Shown here one piece after another: positions 38,173 to 48,251 of a stretch of 64,000 bases of DNA; position 1 is the stretch's first letter; each line of letters opens with the position of its first letter. This stretch comes from Eubacteriales bacterium (GTDB lineage: Bacteria; Bacillota; Clostridia; Oscillospirales; CAG-272): contig JAZOQA010000046.1 of NCBI GenBank assembly GCA_045655765.1, positions 1,586 to 65,585 on the forward strand, given 5' to 3'. The notes beneath the pieces are model-generated. The model was given only the letters and a program-made list of their open reading frames with translations. It was not told the origin of the DNA and did no database searches. The translations under genes and the position numbers were made by a program.

Positions 38173-41100
38173 TTACTTAAAATACTTCACCATAGATTTG
38201 AACATCTTGATGTCATAATCGCCGTATACGTTCTTGTAAAGTCCCTCGCCTATACGCTCGGAGTGCCCCATCTTTCCGAATACACGTCCGTCAGGAGAGG
38301 TGATGCCCTCGACTGCAAGCGTTGAGCCGTTGGGGTTGAAGTCGATATTGTAGGTTGCGTTGCCGTCCAAATCGACGTACTGCGTTGCAATCTGACCGTT
38401 CTTTATAAGCTCTCTTACAGTCTTTTCATCAGCGAGGAACTTGCCCTCACCGTGAGAAATCGGAACGTTATATACGTCACCGACGTTAGTAAGAGCAAGC
38501 CAAGGCGACATATTCGAGGCTATGCGTGTTCTTACTATCTTGGACTGGTGGCGTGCTATGTTGTTGAAGGTAAGAGTCGGGCAGGAGGCATCGGTGTCAA
38601 TAATTTTTCCGTAAGGAAGAAGACCGAGCTTTATAAGTGCCTGGAAGCCGTTACAGATACCGCACATAAGTCCGTCACGCTTTTCAAGAAGCTCGGTTAC
38701 TGCATTCTTTACGACAGCACCACGGAAGAATGCCGTGATGAATTTGCCCGAGCCGTCCGGCTCGTCACCGCCTGAGAAGCCGCCGGGAACGAAGATTGCC
38801 TGAGACTCTGCGATTTTCTTTGCAAAGGTCTCTGCACTTCTCTTGATTCCGTCTGCTGTGAGGTTGTTTATAACGAAGATTTCAGCCTCGGCACCCGCAT
38901 CGGCAACAGCCTTTGCAGAGTCATACTCACAGTTCGTGCCGGGGAATACAGGAATCATTACCTTGGGCTTTGCAACCTTTACTGCGGGGAAAGCTCTGGT
39001 CTTTGCCTCAAAGCTTACTGTTTCGGGCTGCATTTTAGGATAGCCTATGTTGCAGGGATAAACACCCTCGAGCTTGTTCTCATAATCGGCATTTACGTCT
39101 GCGACCTTGAGAGCTTCGCTGTTATAAGTAAATTTACCGTCGTCGGTAACAGTACCCAGTGTCCTTCCGACACCGTCGTCGGTGGTTTCGATAATAAACG
39201 AGCCGTACTTATACTTAAAGATGTCTTCAAGAGAAACGGATGCGTCGAATTTAAATCCGAAGCCGTTGCCCATTGCCATCTTCATTACAGCCTCTGCCAC
39301 ACCGCCTATTGTGGGGGTGTAAGCGGAGAGCACCTTGCCCTCTCTCATAAGAGTAGTTACACTCTTGTAAAGATTAAGCAGGCTCTCGGTCTTGGGCAGA
39401 CCGTTTTCATCATACTCAGGCTCCAAAATCGCAACACGGGTACCCACCTTTTTGAATTCGGGGGAGATTACGTTCTCGATTTTGTCGGTTGTTACGGCAA
39501 ACGAAATAAGCGTGGGGGGGACGTCGAGTTTTTCAAAGGTGCCGCTCATAGAGTCCTTGCCGCCTATTGCCGCAATGCCGAGATTCATCTGTGCCTTGAA
39601 TGCACCGAGGAGGGCTGCAAGAGGCTTGCCCCATCTCTTCGGATTTTTCATCGGCTTTTCAAAATATTCCTGGAACGTCAGATATACGTCCCTAAACTCT
39701 GCACCCGTTGCAACAAGCTTCGATGCCGACTCAACAACGGCGAGATATGCACCGTGATAGGGGCTTGCCGATGAGATGTCGGGGTTGTAGCCCCAAGACA
39801 TAAAGGACGCAAGGTCGGTATGCTTCTTCTCAACGGAAATCTTCTGCACCATTGCCTGAATGGGAGTACGCTGATACTTTCCGCCAAAGGGCATAAGCAC
39901 GGTGCCGTGTCCTATGGTAGAGTCAAATCTTTCGGAAAGTCCTCTCTTTGAGCAGGTATTAAGTCCGTTTGCAACGGAGAGCATACCCTCGGAGAAGCTT
40001 CTAGGGGTGGACTTTTCTATATTCTGAATCTTGGGAGCTTCGATGCTTATGTGCTTTTCCGCACCGTTGGAGTTTAAGAATTCACGGGAGAGGTCAACTA
40101 TCGTCTTGCCGTTCCAGTGCATTGTGAGGCGAGGCTCAGCCTTTACTCTTGCAACTACGGTTGCTTCAAGGTTTTCTTCGTCTGCAAGTGCAAGGAATGC
40201 GTCCTTGTTTTCAGCCTCGATTACAACCGCCATTCTCTCCTGCGACTCGGAAATAGCAAGCTCCGTGCCGTCAAGGCCGTCATATTTCTTGGGAACTGCG
40301 TTAAGGTCGATTTCAAGACCGTCTGCAAGCTCGCCTATTGCAACGGACACGCCGCCCGCACCGAAGTCGTTGCAGCGTTTAATCATTCTGGAAACGGTTT
40401 TGTTTCTGAAAAGACGCTGAATTTTTCTTTCCTCGGGAGCATTTCCCTTTTGAACCTCTGCACCGCAGCTTTCAAGGGATTTGAGGTTGTGGGATTTGGA
40501 CGAGCCTGTTGCACCGCCACAGCCGTCTCTGCCTGTGCGTCCTCCGAGAAGTATTACGAGGTCACCGTCCTCGGGCACCTCACGTCTTACGTTTTCAGCA
40601 GGAGCGGCGGCAATTACCGCACCGACCTCCATATGCTTTGCCGCATAGCCGTCGTGGTAAATTTCATCTACTATACCCGTAGCAAGACCAATCTGGTTTC
40701 CGTAAGAGGAATAGCCTGCTGCCGCAGTAGTTACTATTTTCCTCTGCGGAAGCTTGCCCTCAAGGGTTTCGGAGAGGGGCTTTGTAGGATCTGCCGCACC
40801 AGTAAGACGCATTGCACCGTAAACGTACGCTCTGCCCGAGAGGGGGTCTCTGATTGCACCGCCTATGCAGGTTGCCGCACCGCCAAATGGCTCAATCTCG
40901 GTGGGGTGGTTGTGAGTTTCGTTCTTAAAGAGCAGAAGCCAAGGCTCGGGAGTGCCGTCCACGTCAACGGTGATTTTCACCGTGCAGGCGTTAATCTCCT
41001 CGGATTCATCAAGTCCGTCGAGCTTTCCGCATGCCTTTAAGCATTTTGCGGCAATAGTGCCTATGTCCATAAGATTTATGGGCTTCTTTCTGCCTATGGA

Positions 41101-41859
41101 ATCACGGGCAGCAAGATAATCACGGTATGCCGAGTCAAGAATCTCGTCCTCGAACTTCACCGAATCAACGGTGGTCAAGAACGTAGTATGACGGCAGTGG
41201 TCGGACCAATAGGTGTCTATCATACGGATTTCCGTAATTGTCGGACATCTGCCCTCTTTTATGAAATACCTCTGACAAAACTTAATGTCGTCGAGGTCCA
41301 TAGCGAGTCCGTACTCGGAAATAAAGTCCGAAAGACCTGCCTCGTCAAGAGATGTGAAGCCGTCAAGAACCTTGACCTCGGTGGGAATGGGGTAGACCAT
41401 CTTTATAGTTTCTTTGGGTTCAAGACTTGCTTCCCTTGCCTCGACGGGGTTGATTACGTGCTTTTTGATTTTTTCAAGCTCCTTATCGGTGAGCTTGCCG
41501 TAGAGCATATAGACCTTTGCACTTGCGACTGTGGGCTTCTCACCGTGGGATATGAGCTGAATGCACTGTGCGGCACTGTCTGCTCTTTGGTCGAACTGAC
41601 CGGGGAGAAACTCGGTTGCAAAAACCGCCGCTCCGTCAAGGTCAAGCTCGGTGTAAACGTTGTCAAGCTGAGGCTCGGAGAAGACCGTGCCGACAGCGTA
41701 GTCAAAAAGCTCCTTTGTAATGTTTTCGGCATCGTAGCGGTTGATTACTCTTACACGCTCAACGCTGTTTATGCCGAGGAAGGTTGAAATTTCAGAATAA
41801 AGGTCACGTGCCTCGTGAGCGAGCGACTCTTTTTTCTCTACGTATATGCGGTAAACCAT
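38173..41859 (-). CDS. purL: Phosphoribosylformylglycinamidine synthase, single-chain large form (PurL with PurS-like and PurQ-like parts fused)
   Basis: About 1,228 aa from MVYRIYVEKK. The AIR-synthase-like repeats are present. The C-terminal glutaminase has MCGICNGFQ and SHGEGKF. Confidence 0.9.
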   Translation of the reverse strand: MVYRIYVEKKESLAHEARDLYSEISTFLGINSVERVRVINRYDAENITKELFDYAVGTVFSEPQLDNVYTELDLDGAAVFATEFLPGQFDQRADSAAQCIQLISHGEKPTVASAKVYMLYGKLTDKELEKIKKHVINPVEAREASLEPKETIKMVYPIPTEVKVLDGFTSLDEAGLSDFISEYGLAMDLDDIKFCQRYFIKEGRCPTITEIRMIDTYWSDHCRHTTFLTTVDSVKFEDEILDSAYRDYLAARDSIGRKKPINLMDIGTIAAKCLKACGKLDGLDESEEINACTVKITVDVDGTPEPWLLLFKNETHNHPTEIEPFGGAATCIGGAIRDPLSGRAYVYGAMRLTGAADPTKPLSETLEGKLPQRKIVTTAAAGYSSYGNQIGLATGIVDEIYHDGYAAKHMEVGAVIAAAPAENVRREVPEDGDLVILLGGRTGRDGCGGATGSSKSHNLKSLESCGAEVQKGNAPEERKIQRLFRNKTVSRMIKRCNDFGAGGVSVAIGELADGLEIDLNAVPKKYDGLDGTELAISESQERMAVVIEAENKDAFLALADEENLEATVVARVKAEPRLTMHWNGKTIVDLSREFLNSNGAEKHISIEAPKIQNIEKSTPRSFSEGMLSVANGLNTCSKRGLSERFDSTIGHGTVLMPFGGKYQRTPIQAMVQKISVEKKHTDLASFMSWGYNPDISSASPYHGAYLAVVESASKLVATGAEFRDVYLTFQEYFEKPMKNPKRWGKPLAALLGAFKAQMNLGIAAIGGKDSMSGTFEKLDVPPTLISFAVTTDKIENVISPEFKKVGTRVAILEPEYDENGLPKTESLLNLYKSVTTLMREGKVLSAYTPTIGGVAEAVMKMAMGNGFGFKFDASVSLEDIFKYKYGSFIIETTDDGVGRTLGTVTDDGKFTYNSEALKVADVNADYENKLEGVYPCNIGYPKMQPETVSFEAKTRAFPAVKVAKPKVMIPVFPGTNCEYDSAKAVADAGAEAEIFVINNLTADGIKRSAETFAKKIAESQAIFVPGGFSGGDEPDGSGKFITAFFRGAVVKNAVTELLEKRDGLMCGICNGFQALIKLGLLPYGKIIDTDASCPTLTFNNIARHQSKIVRTRIASNMSPWLALTNVGDVYNVPISHGEGKFLADEKTVRELIKNGQIATQYVDLDGNATYNIDFNPNGSTLAVEGITSPDGRVFGKMGHSERIGEGLYKNVYGDYDIKMFKSMVKYFK

Positions 41860-41866
41860 TTTAACT

Positions 41867-43138
41867 TTATCCTTTCTTCCCTGCAAGGAGGGCTTTCTGA
41901 CCGATGTCCTTACGGTAATATGCGTTGTCGAATGTGACCTTGTTTACGTTGTCGTATGCAAGACGGAGTGCCTCGTCGAGGGTGGGGGCCGTTGCCGTCA
42001 CTCCGAGAACACGTCCGCCTGCAGTGAGGAGCTTTTCGCCGTCGAGCTTTGCACCTGCTACGTAAACGAAGGGCTTGACGTCCTCTTGAATTTTAATTTC
42101 AAAGCCGCTTTCATATTTCTCGGGGTAGCCGTCGGACGCCATAACCACGCAAGCCGCAGCATCGTCCGAGAACTTAACCTCGCAGTCCTTGAGCTTTCCG
42201 CTTGAGGTTGCCATCATAATCTTCAAAAGGTCGCTTTCAAGAAGCGGGAGAACAACCTGAGTTTCGGGGTCACCGAAGCGGCAGTTGTACTCTATAACCC
42301 TTGGACCTTTGGGTGTGAGCATAAGTCCGAAATAAAGGCAGCCTCTGAATTCACGTCCCTCTGCCTTCATCGCACGCACGGTGGGGAGGAATATCGTTTT
42401 CATACATTCCTCTGCAATTTCGGGAGTGTAGTAGGGGTTGGGTGCCACAGTACCCATACCGCCCGTGTTAAGACCCTCGTCACCGTCCCTTGCACGCTTG
42501 TGGTCCATAGAGGAGACCATAGGCACAACGGTTTCACCGTCGGTAAAGGAGAGGACGGACACCTCGGGGCCTGTTAAAAATTCTTCAACTACGATTTTGT
42601 TTCCGCTTTCGCCAAACTTCTTCTCCGCCATTATCGAGCGGACCGCTTCCATTGCCTCATCTCTTGTCATTGCGATTATAACGCCCTTGCCAAGAGCAAG
42701 CCCGTCCGCCTTGATTACGGTGGGAATGGGTGCATTCTTCAAATACTCGTAAGCCGCCTCGGCGTTATCGAAGACCTCGTACTCCGCTGTGGGAATACCG
42801 TATTTTTTCATCAGATTCTTGGAAAAGACCTTGCTTCCCTCGATTATTGCCGCATTTGCACGGGGACCGAAGCACGGAATGCCGAGTGCTTCAAGTCTGT
42901 CTACACAGCCAAGCACAAGAGGGTCATCGGGGGCAACAACCGCAAAATCAATAGCATTCTCACGGGCAAAATCCGCAATAGCATCGAGGTCCTTTGCTCC
43001 TATCGGAACAAGAGTTGCGTCCTCCGCCATTCCTCCGTTGCCGGGGAGGGCGAAGATTTCGTCAACCTCGGGGGACTGACGAAGCTTTTTTATGATGGCG
43101 TGCTCTCTGCCGCCACCGCCTACTACCATTATTTTCAT
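41867..43138 (-). CDS. purD: Phosphoribosylamine--glycine ligase
   Basis: MKIMVVGGGGREHA follows a GGAGG RBS (start 43138), and the sequence has ATP-grasp features. Confidence 0.9.
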   Translation of the reverse strand: MKIMVVGGGGREHAIIKKLRQSPEVDEIFALPGNGGMAEDATLVPIGAKDLDAIADFARENAIDFAVVAPDDPLVLGCVDRLEALGIPCFGPRANAAIIEGSKVFSKNLMKKYGIPTAEYEVFDNAEAAYEYLKNAPIPTVIKADGLALGKGVIIAMTRDEAMEAVRSIMAEKKFGESGNKIVVEEFLTGPEVSVLSFTDGETVVPMVSSMDHKRARDGDEGLNTGGMGTVAPNPYYTPEIAEECMKTIFLPTVRAMKAEGREFRGCLYFGLMLTPKGPRVIEYNCRFGDPETQVVLPLLESDLLKIMMATSSGKLKDCEVKFSDDAAACVVMASDGYPEKYESGFEIKIQEDVKPFVYVAGAKLDGEKLLTAGGRVLGVTATAPTLDEALRLAYDNVNKVTFDNAYYRKDIGQKALLAGKKG

Positions 43139-43168
43139 CAATAAAGCCTCCGTATCACAGTGCAAAAA

Positions 43169-44353
43169 TCAATGGTGGAAGAGGCGCATTCCCGTGAACG
43201 CTACAACCATACCGTAGCGGTTCGCACACTCGACAACGAGGTCATCACGGATAGAGCCGCCGGGCTCTGCTATGTACTTAACGCCCGACTTCTTCGCACG
43301 ATCGATGTTGTCGCTGAACGGGAAGAATGCGTCAGAGCCGAGGGCTACGCCGTCGATAGTGTCAAGGTATGCTCTCTGCTCCTCCTTGGTAAACGGCTCG
43401 GGTCTTTCGGTGAAATATTTCTGCCAATTTCCCTCAGCACAAACGTCCTCCTCGTTCTGGTTGATATAACCGTCGATTACGTTGTCACGGTCGGGTCTTC
43501 CGAGGGTTGACTTAAAGGGAAGATTCAAAACCTTGTCCGACTGACGGAGGAACCAGGTGTCAGCCTTGCCGCCTGCAAGACGTGTGCAATGGACTCTCGA
43601 CTGCTGTCCTGCACCGACACCGATTGCCTGACCGTCTATTGCAAAGCAAACGGAGTTGGACTGGGTATATTTAAGGGTAATAAGCGAAACTATAAGGTCA
43701 CGCTTTGCAGAGTCGGGCATATCCTTGTTTTCGCTTACAAGATTTTCAAGGAGTGCTGCGTTGATTTCAAAGTTGTTTCTGCCCTGCTCAAAGGTGATGC
43801 CGTACACCTGCTTATGCTCTATTGGGTCGGGGGTGTAATTGGGGTCGATTTTTACGATATTGTAATTGCCCTTTCTTTTGGTCTTGAGAATTTCAAGTGC
43901 CTCAGGCTCGTATCCCGGTGCAATAATTCCGTCGGAAACCTCACGTAAGATCATCTTAGCCGTTGTAACGTCACACACGTCGGAGAGAGCAACCCAGTCG
44001 CCAAAGGAGCACATTCTGTCAGTTCCTCTTGCTCTTGCGTAAGCACAGGCGAGGGGTGAGTCGTCAAGCCCCTCGATGTCGTCAACGAAGCAAGCCCTCT
44101 TCAGCTTGTCCGAAAGAGGAATGCCTACTGCGGCAGAGGTGGGGCTTACGTGCTTAAACGAGGTGACTGCGGGAAGTCCGAGAGCCTCTTTAAGCTCCTT
44201 TACAAGCTGCCAGGAGTTAAATGCGTCGAGGAAGTTAATAAATCCGGGTCTGCCCGAGAGAATTTCAATAGGCAATTCCGAGCCGTCGTGCATAAAAATC
44301 TTTGCAGGCTTTTGATTGGGGTTACAACCGTATTTAAGTTCAAATTCTTTCAT
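43169..44353 (-). CDS. purH: AICAR formyltransferase (PurH transformylase domain only, with no MGS/IMP cyclohydrolase domain)
   Basis: MKEFELKYGCNPNQ follows a GGAGA RBS. An alternative ATG lies at 44368. The length is about 394 aa. Confidence 0.8.
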   Translation of the reverse strand: MKEFELKYGCNPNQKPAKIFMHDGSELPIEILSGRPGFINFLDAFNSWQLVKELKEALGLPAVTSFKHVSPTSAAVGIPLSDKLKRACFVDDIEGLDDSPLACAYARARGTDRMCSFGDWVALSDVCDVTTAKMILREVSDGIIAPGYEPEALEILKTKRKGNYNIVKIDPNYTPDPIEHKQVYGITFEQGRNNFEINAALLENLVSENKDMPDSAKRDLIVSLITLKYTQSNSVCFAIDGQAIGVGAGQQSRVHCTRLAGGKADTWFLRQSDKVLNLPFKSTLGRPDRDNVIDGYINQNEEDVCAEGNWQKYFTERPEPFTKEEQRAYLDTIDGVALGSDAFFPFSDNIDRAKKSGVKYIAEPGGSIRDDLVVECANRYGMVVAFTGMRLFHH

Positions 44354-44423
44354 TTGTTTTTTCTCCATTCTTTCTCTCTTTTCGTCCGTTATGCCCTTCG
44401 GTATAGCGAAAGCGACGTATTTT

Positions 44424-45140
44424 TTAATTGTTTTTGTTTACTATTCTTGTCTCTGCTGCTCCGCTTTCGATGTCAATATATCTGACGAAGAGAGAAACCT
44501 TGTTGTCGGCGTTGAGGTTGGTCCAAATAAGATCGGTGAGGGTGTCGATGTCTACGTCGGGGAGAATGAGCGTCTTGGGCTCGCCCTCAAAGGACGGAAG
44601 CGGATTTCCGTCACCGTTATACGTGTGAATGAACTTTGCATAGCCGCACTTAGGGTTTGAGTAAGCATAAGTAAATCTCTCGCAGGAGGAGTCGTCGCCC
44701 TCTGCGCTCTTGAGAATAGACATAGCGAAATTCATCCCCTCACACTCACGGCGGATTATACCCGAAATTCTGGGGGTGAAGTTCGGCTTGTCGTCCTCAA
44801 ACTCACGGGTTCTGAGAGCCTGCTCAAAGGTCATCTGCTTGTCCATAAGGTCGTATATGGTGTCGGTCTGATCGCCGTTTGTAACTATGGTCTTGTTGCC
44901 AAGCACTCTTACGGGGTAGTATATGATAAGGTGCGGATCGGTCATCTTCGACTCATCGAACGCCTTAGTACGCATAGCGTCGCCCTCTGCTACGAAGACA
45001 CGGTTACGGCTGTTTTCGCTTCTTCCCATAATGAAGTAAGCTGTGACCGCCTTTTTTCCGTCTGCACTCTTGCCTATTATGATACCTCTGCCGTGGTAAG
45101 CTAAGGAATTAAGCTCGTTTTCTATCGTTGAAATCTTCAT
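44424..45140 (-). CDS. purO: PurO-type (archaeal-type) IMP cyclohydrolase
   Basis: The segments YHGRGIIIGKS, MGRSENSRNR and TNGDQTDTIYD resemble the PurO family as I remember it. Confidence 0.7.
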   Translation of the reverse strand: MKISTIENELNSLAYHGRGIIIGKSADGKKAVTAYFIMGRSENSRNRVFVAEGDAMRTKAFDESKMTDPHLIIYYPVRVLGNKTIVTNGDQTDTIYDLMDKQMTFEQALRTREFEDDKPNFTPRISGIIRRECEGMNFAMSILKSAEGDDSSCERFTYAYSNPKCGYAKFIHTYNGDGNPLPSFEGEPKTLILPDVDIDTLTDLIWTNLNADNKVSLFVRYIDIESGAAETRIVNKNN

Positions 45141-45142
45141 CG

Positions 45143-45781
45143 TTATTCTCCTTGAATGTAGACTTTATTGTTTTTCACTGTGATTTTACCCTCGGAGAAG
45201 AGTCTGACGGCCTCGGGAAGTATCTTCCACTCCGCCTGCTCCATAATTCTCCTTTGGAGCGTTTCGGGGGTGTCGTCCTCTCGCACCTCGACAGCCTTTT
45301 GCAAAACTATCGGACCTGCGTCGCACTCTGGCGTGACTATATGAACGGTTGCACCCGACACCTTGACACCCTTTTCGAGCGCTGCCTCGTGGACGTGAAG
45401 ACCGTAGTAGCCCTTGCCGGAAAACGACGGGATAAGCGCGGGGTGGACGTTGAGAATTCTGTTCGGGAACGCATTGTAAACCTGCTCGTCGATAATTGTG
45501 AGAAAGCCCGCAAGAACGACAAGGTCAATCTCAGCCTCCGTCATTCTCCTTGCAAGTGCCGCAGAATACGCACTTATACTGTCGTACTCCTTACGTGCAA
45601 GCACCGCCGACTCTATACCTGCCCTCTTGGCTCTTTCGAGTGCAAAAACACCCGGCTTTGAGGCAATAACGAGCTTGATTTTACCAAACCCCAAATCACC
45701 TCTTTGCTCTGCGTCTATGAGTGCCTGAAGATTTGTGCCTCCGCCCGAAACGAGGACGGCAATCCTTACTTCCCTTTTCAT
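45143..45781 (-). CDS. purN: Phosphoribosylglycinamide formyltransferase
   Basis: Motifs VLVSGGGTNLQALID, NVHPALIPSF and GATVH. Confidence 0.9.
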   Translation of the reverse strand: MKREVRIAVLVSGGGTNLQALIDAEQRGDLGFGKIKLVIASKPGVFALERAKRAGIESAVLARKEYDSISAYSAALARRMTEAEIDLVVLAGFLTIIDEQVYNAFPNRILNVHPALIPSFSGKGYYGLHVHEAALEKGVKVSGATVHIVTPECDAGPIVLQKAVEVREDDTPETLQRRIMEQAEWKILPEAVRLFSEGKITVKNNKVYIQGE

Positions 45782-46827
45782 CAGACAAGCACCACTCCGT
45801 CGTCGCTTTCTATAATCTCACCGATAACGTAAGCCTCGTCACCGTTTGCACGAAGAATTTCAAGTGTACGCTCGACGTCCTCCTTTGCAACGACAACGCT
45901 CATACCTACGCCCATATTATAGGTGTTATACATATCGCGTTCGGGGATGTTGCCGACCTTCATAATAAGGTCGAATATCGGAAGAACCTTTACCGCCGAT
46001 TTCTCTATCCTTGCTCCAAGACCCTTGGGAATGGAACGCGGAATATTTTCATAGAAGCCGCCACCCGTGATGTGAGAGATGCCCTTGACGGGAACCTCTG
46101 CAAGGAGAGCGAGAATGGATTTTACGTATATTCTTGTAGGAGTGAGAAGTGCCTCCGCCGTGCTTCTGCCGCCAAGCTCAGAAAGGGGCGTGTAAAGCTC
46201 CTTAGGATTTGCGTCTATGTTGAATACCTTGCGGCAAAGGGAGAAGCCGTTAGAATGAATACCCGTAGAGGGGAGTGCGATTACAACGTCGCCTGCCGCC
46301 ATTTTGGTATTGTCAATTATCTTTTTCTTGTCAACGATACCTACTGCAAAGCCTGCAAGGTCGTAGTCATCAACAGGCATAAGACCGGGGTGCTCCGCCG
46401 TCTCACCGCCGATGAGTGCCGCACCGGACTGGACACAGCCCTCGGCAACGCCGCTGACAATCTCGGCAATTTTTTCGGGAACGTTCTTTCCGCACGCTAT
46501 GTAATCGAGGAAGAAAAGAGGCTTTGCACCGCAGCAGATGATGTCGTTTACGCACATTGCAACTGCGTCAATTCCTATTGTGTCGTGCTTGTCCATAAGC
46601 TGTGCGAGCTTAACCTTGGTTCCGCAACCGTCAGTGCCGGAGACCAAAACAGGCTCCTCCATTCCCGCTACGGGAAGACCGAAGCAGCCGCCAAAGCCGC
46701 CAACGTCGTCAAGGCAGCCCTCGTTTCTTGTGCGTGCAATATGTGATTTCATAAGCTCTACCGCTTTATATCCTGCGGTGATATCAACGCCCGCCTTAGC
46801 GTAGCTCTCGGATCTTGAATTTTTCAC
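45781..46827 (-). CDS. purM: Phosphoribosylformylglycinamidine cyclo-ligase (AIR synthetase)
   Basis: Motifs SYAKAGVDI, DGCGTK and HSNGFSL. Confidence 0.9.
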   Translation of the reverse strand: MKNSRSESYAKAGVDITAGYKAVELMKSHIARTRNEGCLDDVGGFGGCFGLPVAGMEEPVLVSGTDGCGTKVKLAQLMDKHDTIGIDAVAMCVNDIICCGAKPLFFLDYIACGKNVPEKIAEIVSGVAEGCVQSGAALIGGETAEHPGLMPVDDYDLAGFAVGIVDKKKIIDNTKMAAGDVVIALPSTGIHSNGFSLCRKVFNIDANPKELYTPLSELGGRSTAEALLTPTRIYVKSILALLAEVPVKGISHITGGGFYENIPRSIPKGLGARIEKSAVKVLPIFDLIMKVGNIPERDMYNTYNMGVGMSVVVAKEDVERTLEILRANGDEAYVIGEIIESDDGVVLV

Positions 46828-48239
46828 TTTTTTATCTCACTTTCTGAAATTTTTTTGTCAAATTTGTTTTTGTAAGCCTTTGGTGCTTCCGTGGGATATT
46901 TTCCGTCAAAGCAAGCCGAGCAAAAGCCCTTTGCTGTGCTGCCCTCACAAATTTTATGCACGTCCTCAAGCCTTAAGTAGCCGAGGGTGTCCGCTCCAAC
47001 CATACGGGCGATTTCATCTATTGTATGATGGCAAGCAATGAGTGCTTCCTTGGAGTCTATATCCGTGCCGTAATAGCAGGGGTTTAAGAACGGAGGAGCT
47101 GAAGAACGCAGATGAACCTCGGTTGCTCCCGCCGTGCGTAAAAGACGCACGATTCTTGCACAAGTTGTTCCTCTTACAATAGAGTCGTCAACAAGCACCA
47201 CTCTCTTGCCCCTTACAGTTGATGAGACGGGATTAAGCTTGATTTTGACCTTGTCCTCTCTTACGTCCTGACCGGGGGCTATAAACGTGCGTCCGATGTA
47301 CTTGTTTTTGATAAGACCTATTCCATAAGGGATGCCCGATCTTTCGGCATAGCCGAGAGCGGCATCAAGACCGGAATCGGGAACGCCTACTACAACGTCT
47401 GCCTCCACGGGATGAGCGTCTGCCAAAAGTGCTCCCGCACGTCTTCTTGCCTCGTGAACTGCCTTGCCCGACACCTGCGAGTCGGGACGTGCGGTATATA
47501 TGTATTCAAAAATGCAAAGTGACTCAGGCTTGGCTTTGCAGTGCTCCTTGATGCTTTGAACGCCGCCTTGCGAGAATACCAAAATCTCACCCGGCTCAAT
47601 CTCACGAACAAAAACAGCTCCGACAGAATCAAGTGCGCAGCTCTCCGTTGCGACAACGTACTGCCCGTTGTCCCTCTTGCCGTAGCAAAGCGGATGGAAG
47701 CCGTGCTTGTCCCTTGCAGCAATCAGCTTCTGAGGTGACATAAGGAGCATAGAGCAAGCACCCTCAAGACGTCCCATTGCACGGGTGAGTGCCTCCTCAA
47801 TAGAGGAAGACGAAAGACGCTGCTCGGTGATGATATAAGAAATAATTTCCGCATCGGAGGTGGTGTGGAATATCATTCCGCGCATTTCAAGCTCACGCTT
47901 AAGTTCTGCCGAGTTGACAAGCGGTCCTGCCGTTGCAAGAGCAAGTCTGCCCTTTATATGATTTACGACCACAGGCTCGGCGTTGATTCTGTCCTTTGTA
48001 CCGAGTGTTCCGTAACGGACGTGTCCTATTGCCATTGTGCCGTAACCGAGCTTCGAAAGAGCGTGGCCGTCAAATACGTCGTTTACAAGCCCCGAATCCT
48101 TATGTGTCGAAAAAAGTCCGTCATCGTTTACGACTATTCCCGCACTCTCCTGTCCTCTGTGCTGAAGAGCGTAGAGTCCGTAATAAACGCTTGATGCAAC
48201 ATTAGTACGTTCATCACCTATAATTCCGAAAAGTCCCAT
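46824..48239 (-). CDS. purF: Amidophosphoribosyltransferase homolog. The PRTase domain and Fe-S cysteines are intact, but the N-terminal glutaminase domain is degenerate.
   Basis: The PRPP loop VVLVDDSIVRGTT is present, and cluster cysteines lie in ESCALD, PCYYGTD and CSACFDGKYP. The N-terminus is MGLFGI instead of (M)CG[IV]FGI, and LATAGPL stands where AHNGNL is expected. Confidence 0.8.
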   Translation of the reverse strand: MGLFGIIGDERTNVASSVYYGLYALQHRGQESAGIVVNDDGLFSTHKDSGLVNDVFDGHALSKLGYGTMAIGHVRYGTLGTKDRINAEPVVVNHIKGRLALATAGPLVNSAELKRELEMRGMIFHTTSDAEIISYIITEQRLSSSSIEEALTRAMGRLEGACSMLLMSPQKLIAARDKHGFHPLCYGKRDNGQYVVATESCALDSVGAVFVREIEPGEILVFSQGGVQSIKEHCKAKPESLCIFEYIYTARPDSQVSGKAVHEARRRAGALLADAHPVEADVVVGVPDSGLDAALGYAERSGIPYGIGLIKNKYIGRTFIAPGQDVREDKVKIKLNPVSSTVRGKRVVLVDDSIVRGTTCARIVRLLRTAGATEVHLRSSAPPFLNPCYYGTDIDSKEALIACHHTIDEIARMVGADTLGYLRLEDVHKICEGSTAKGFCSACFDGKYPTEAPKAYKNKFDKKISESEIKK

Positions 48240-48251
48240 ACGGTGTACCTC

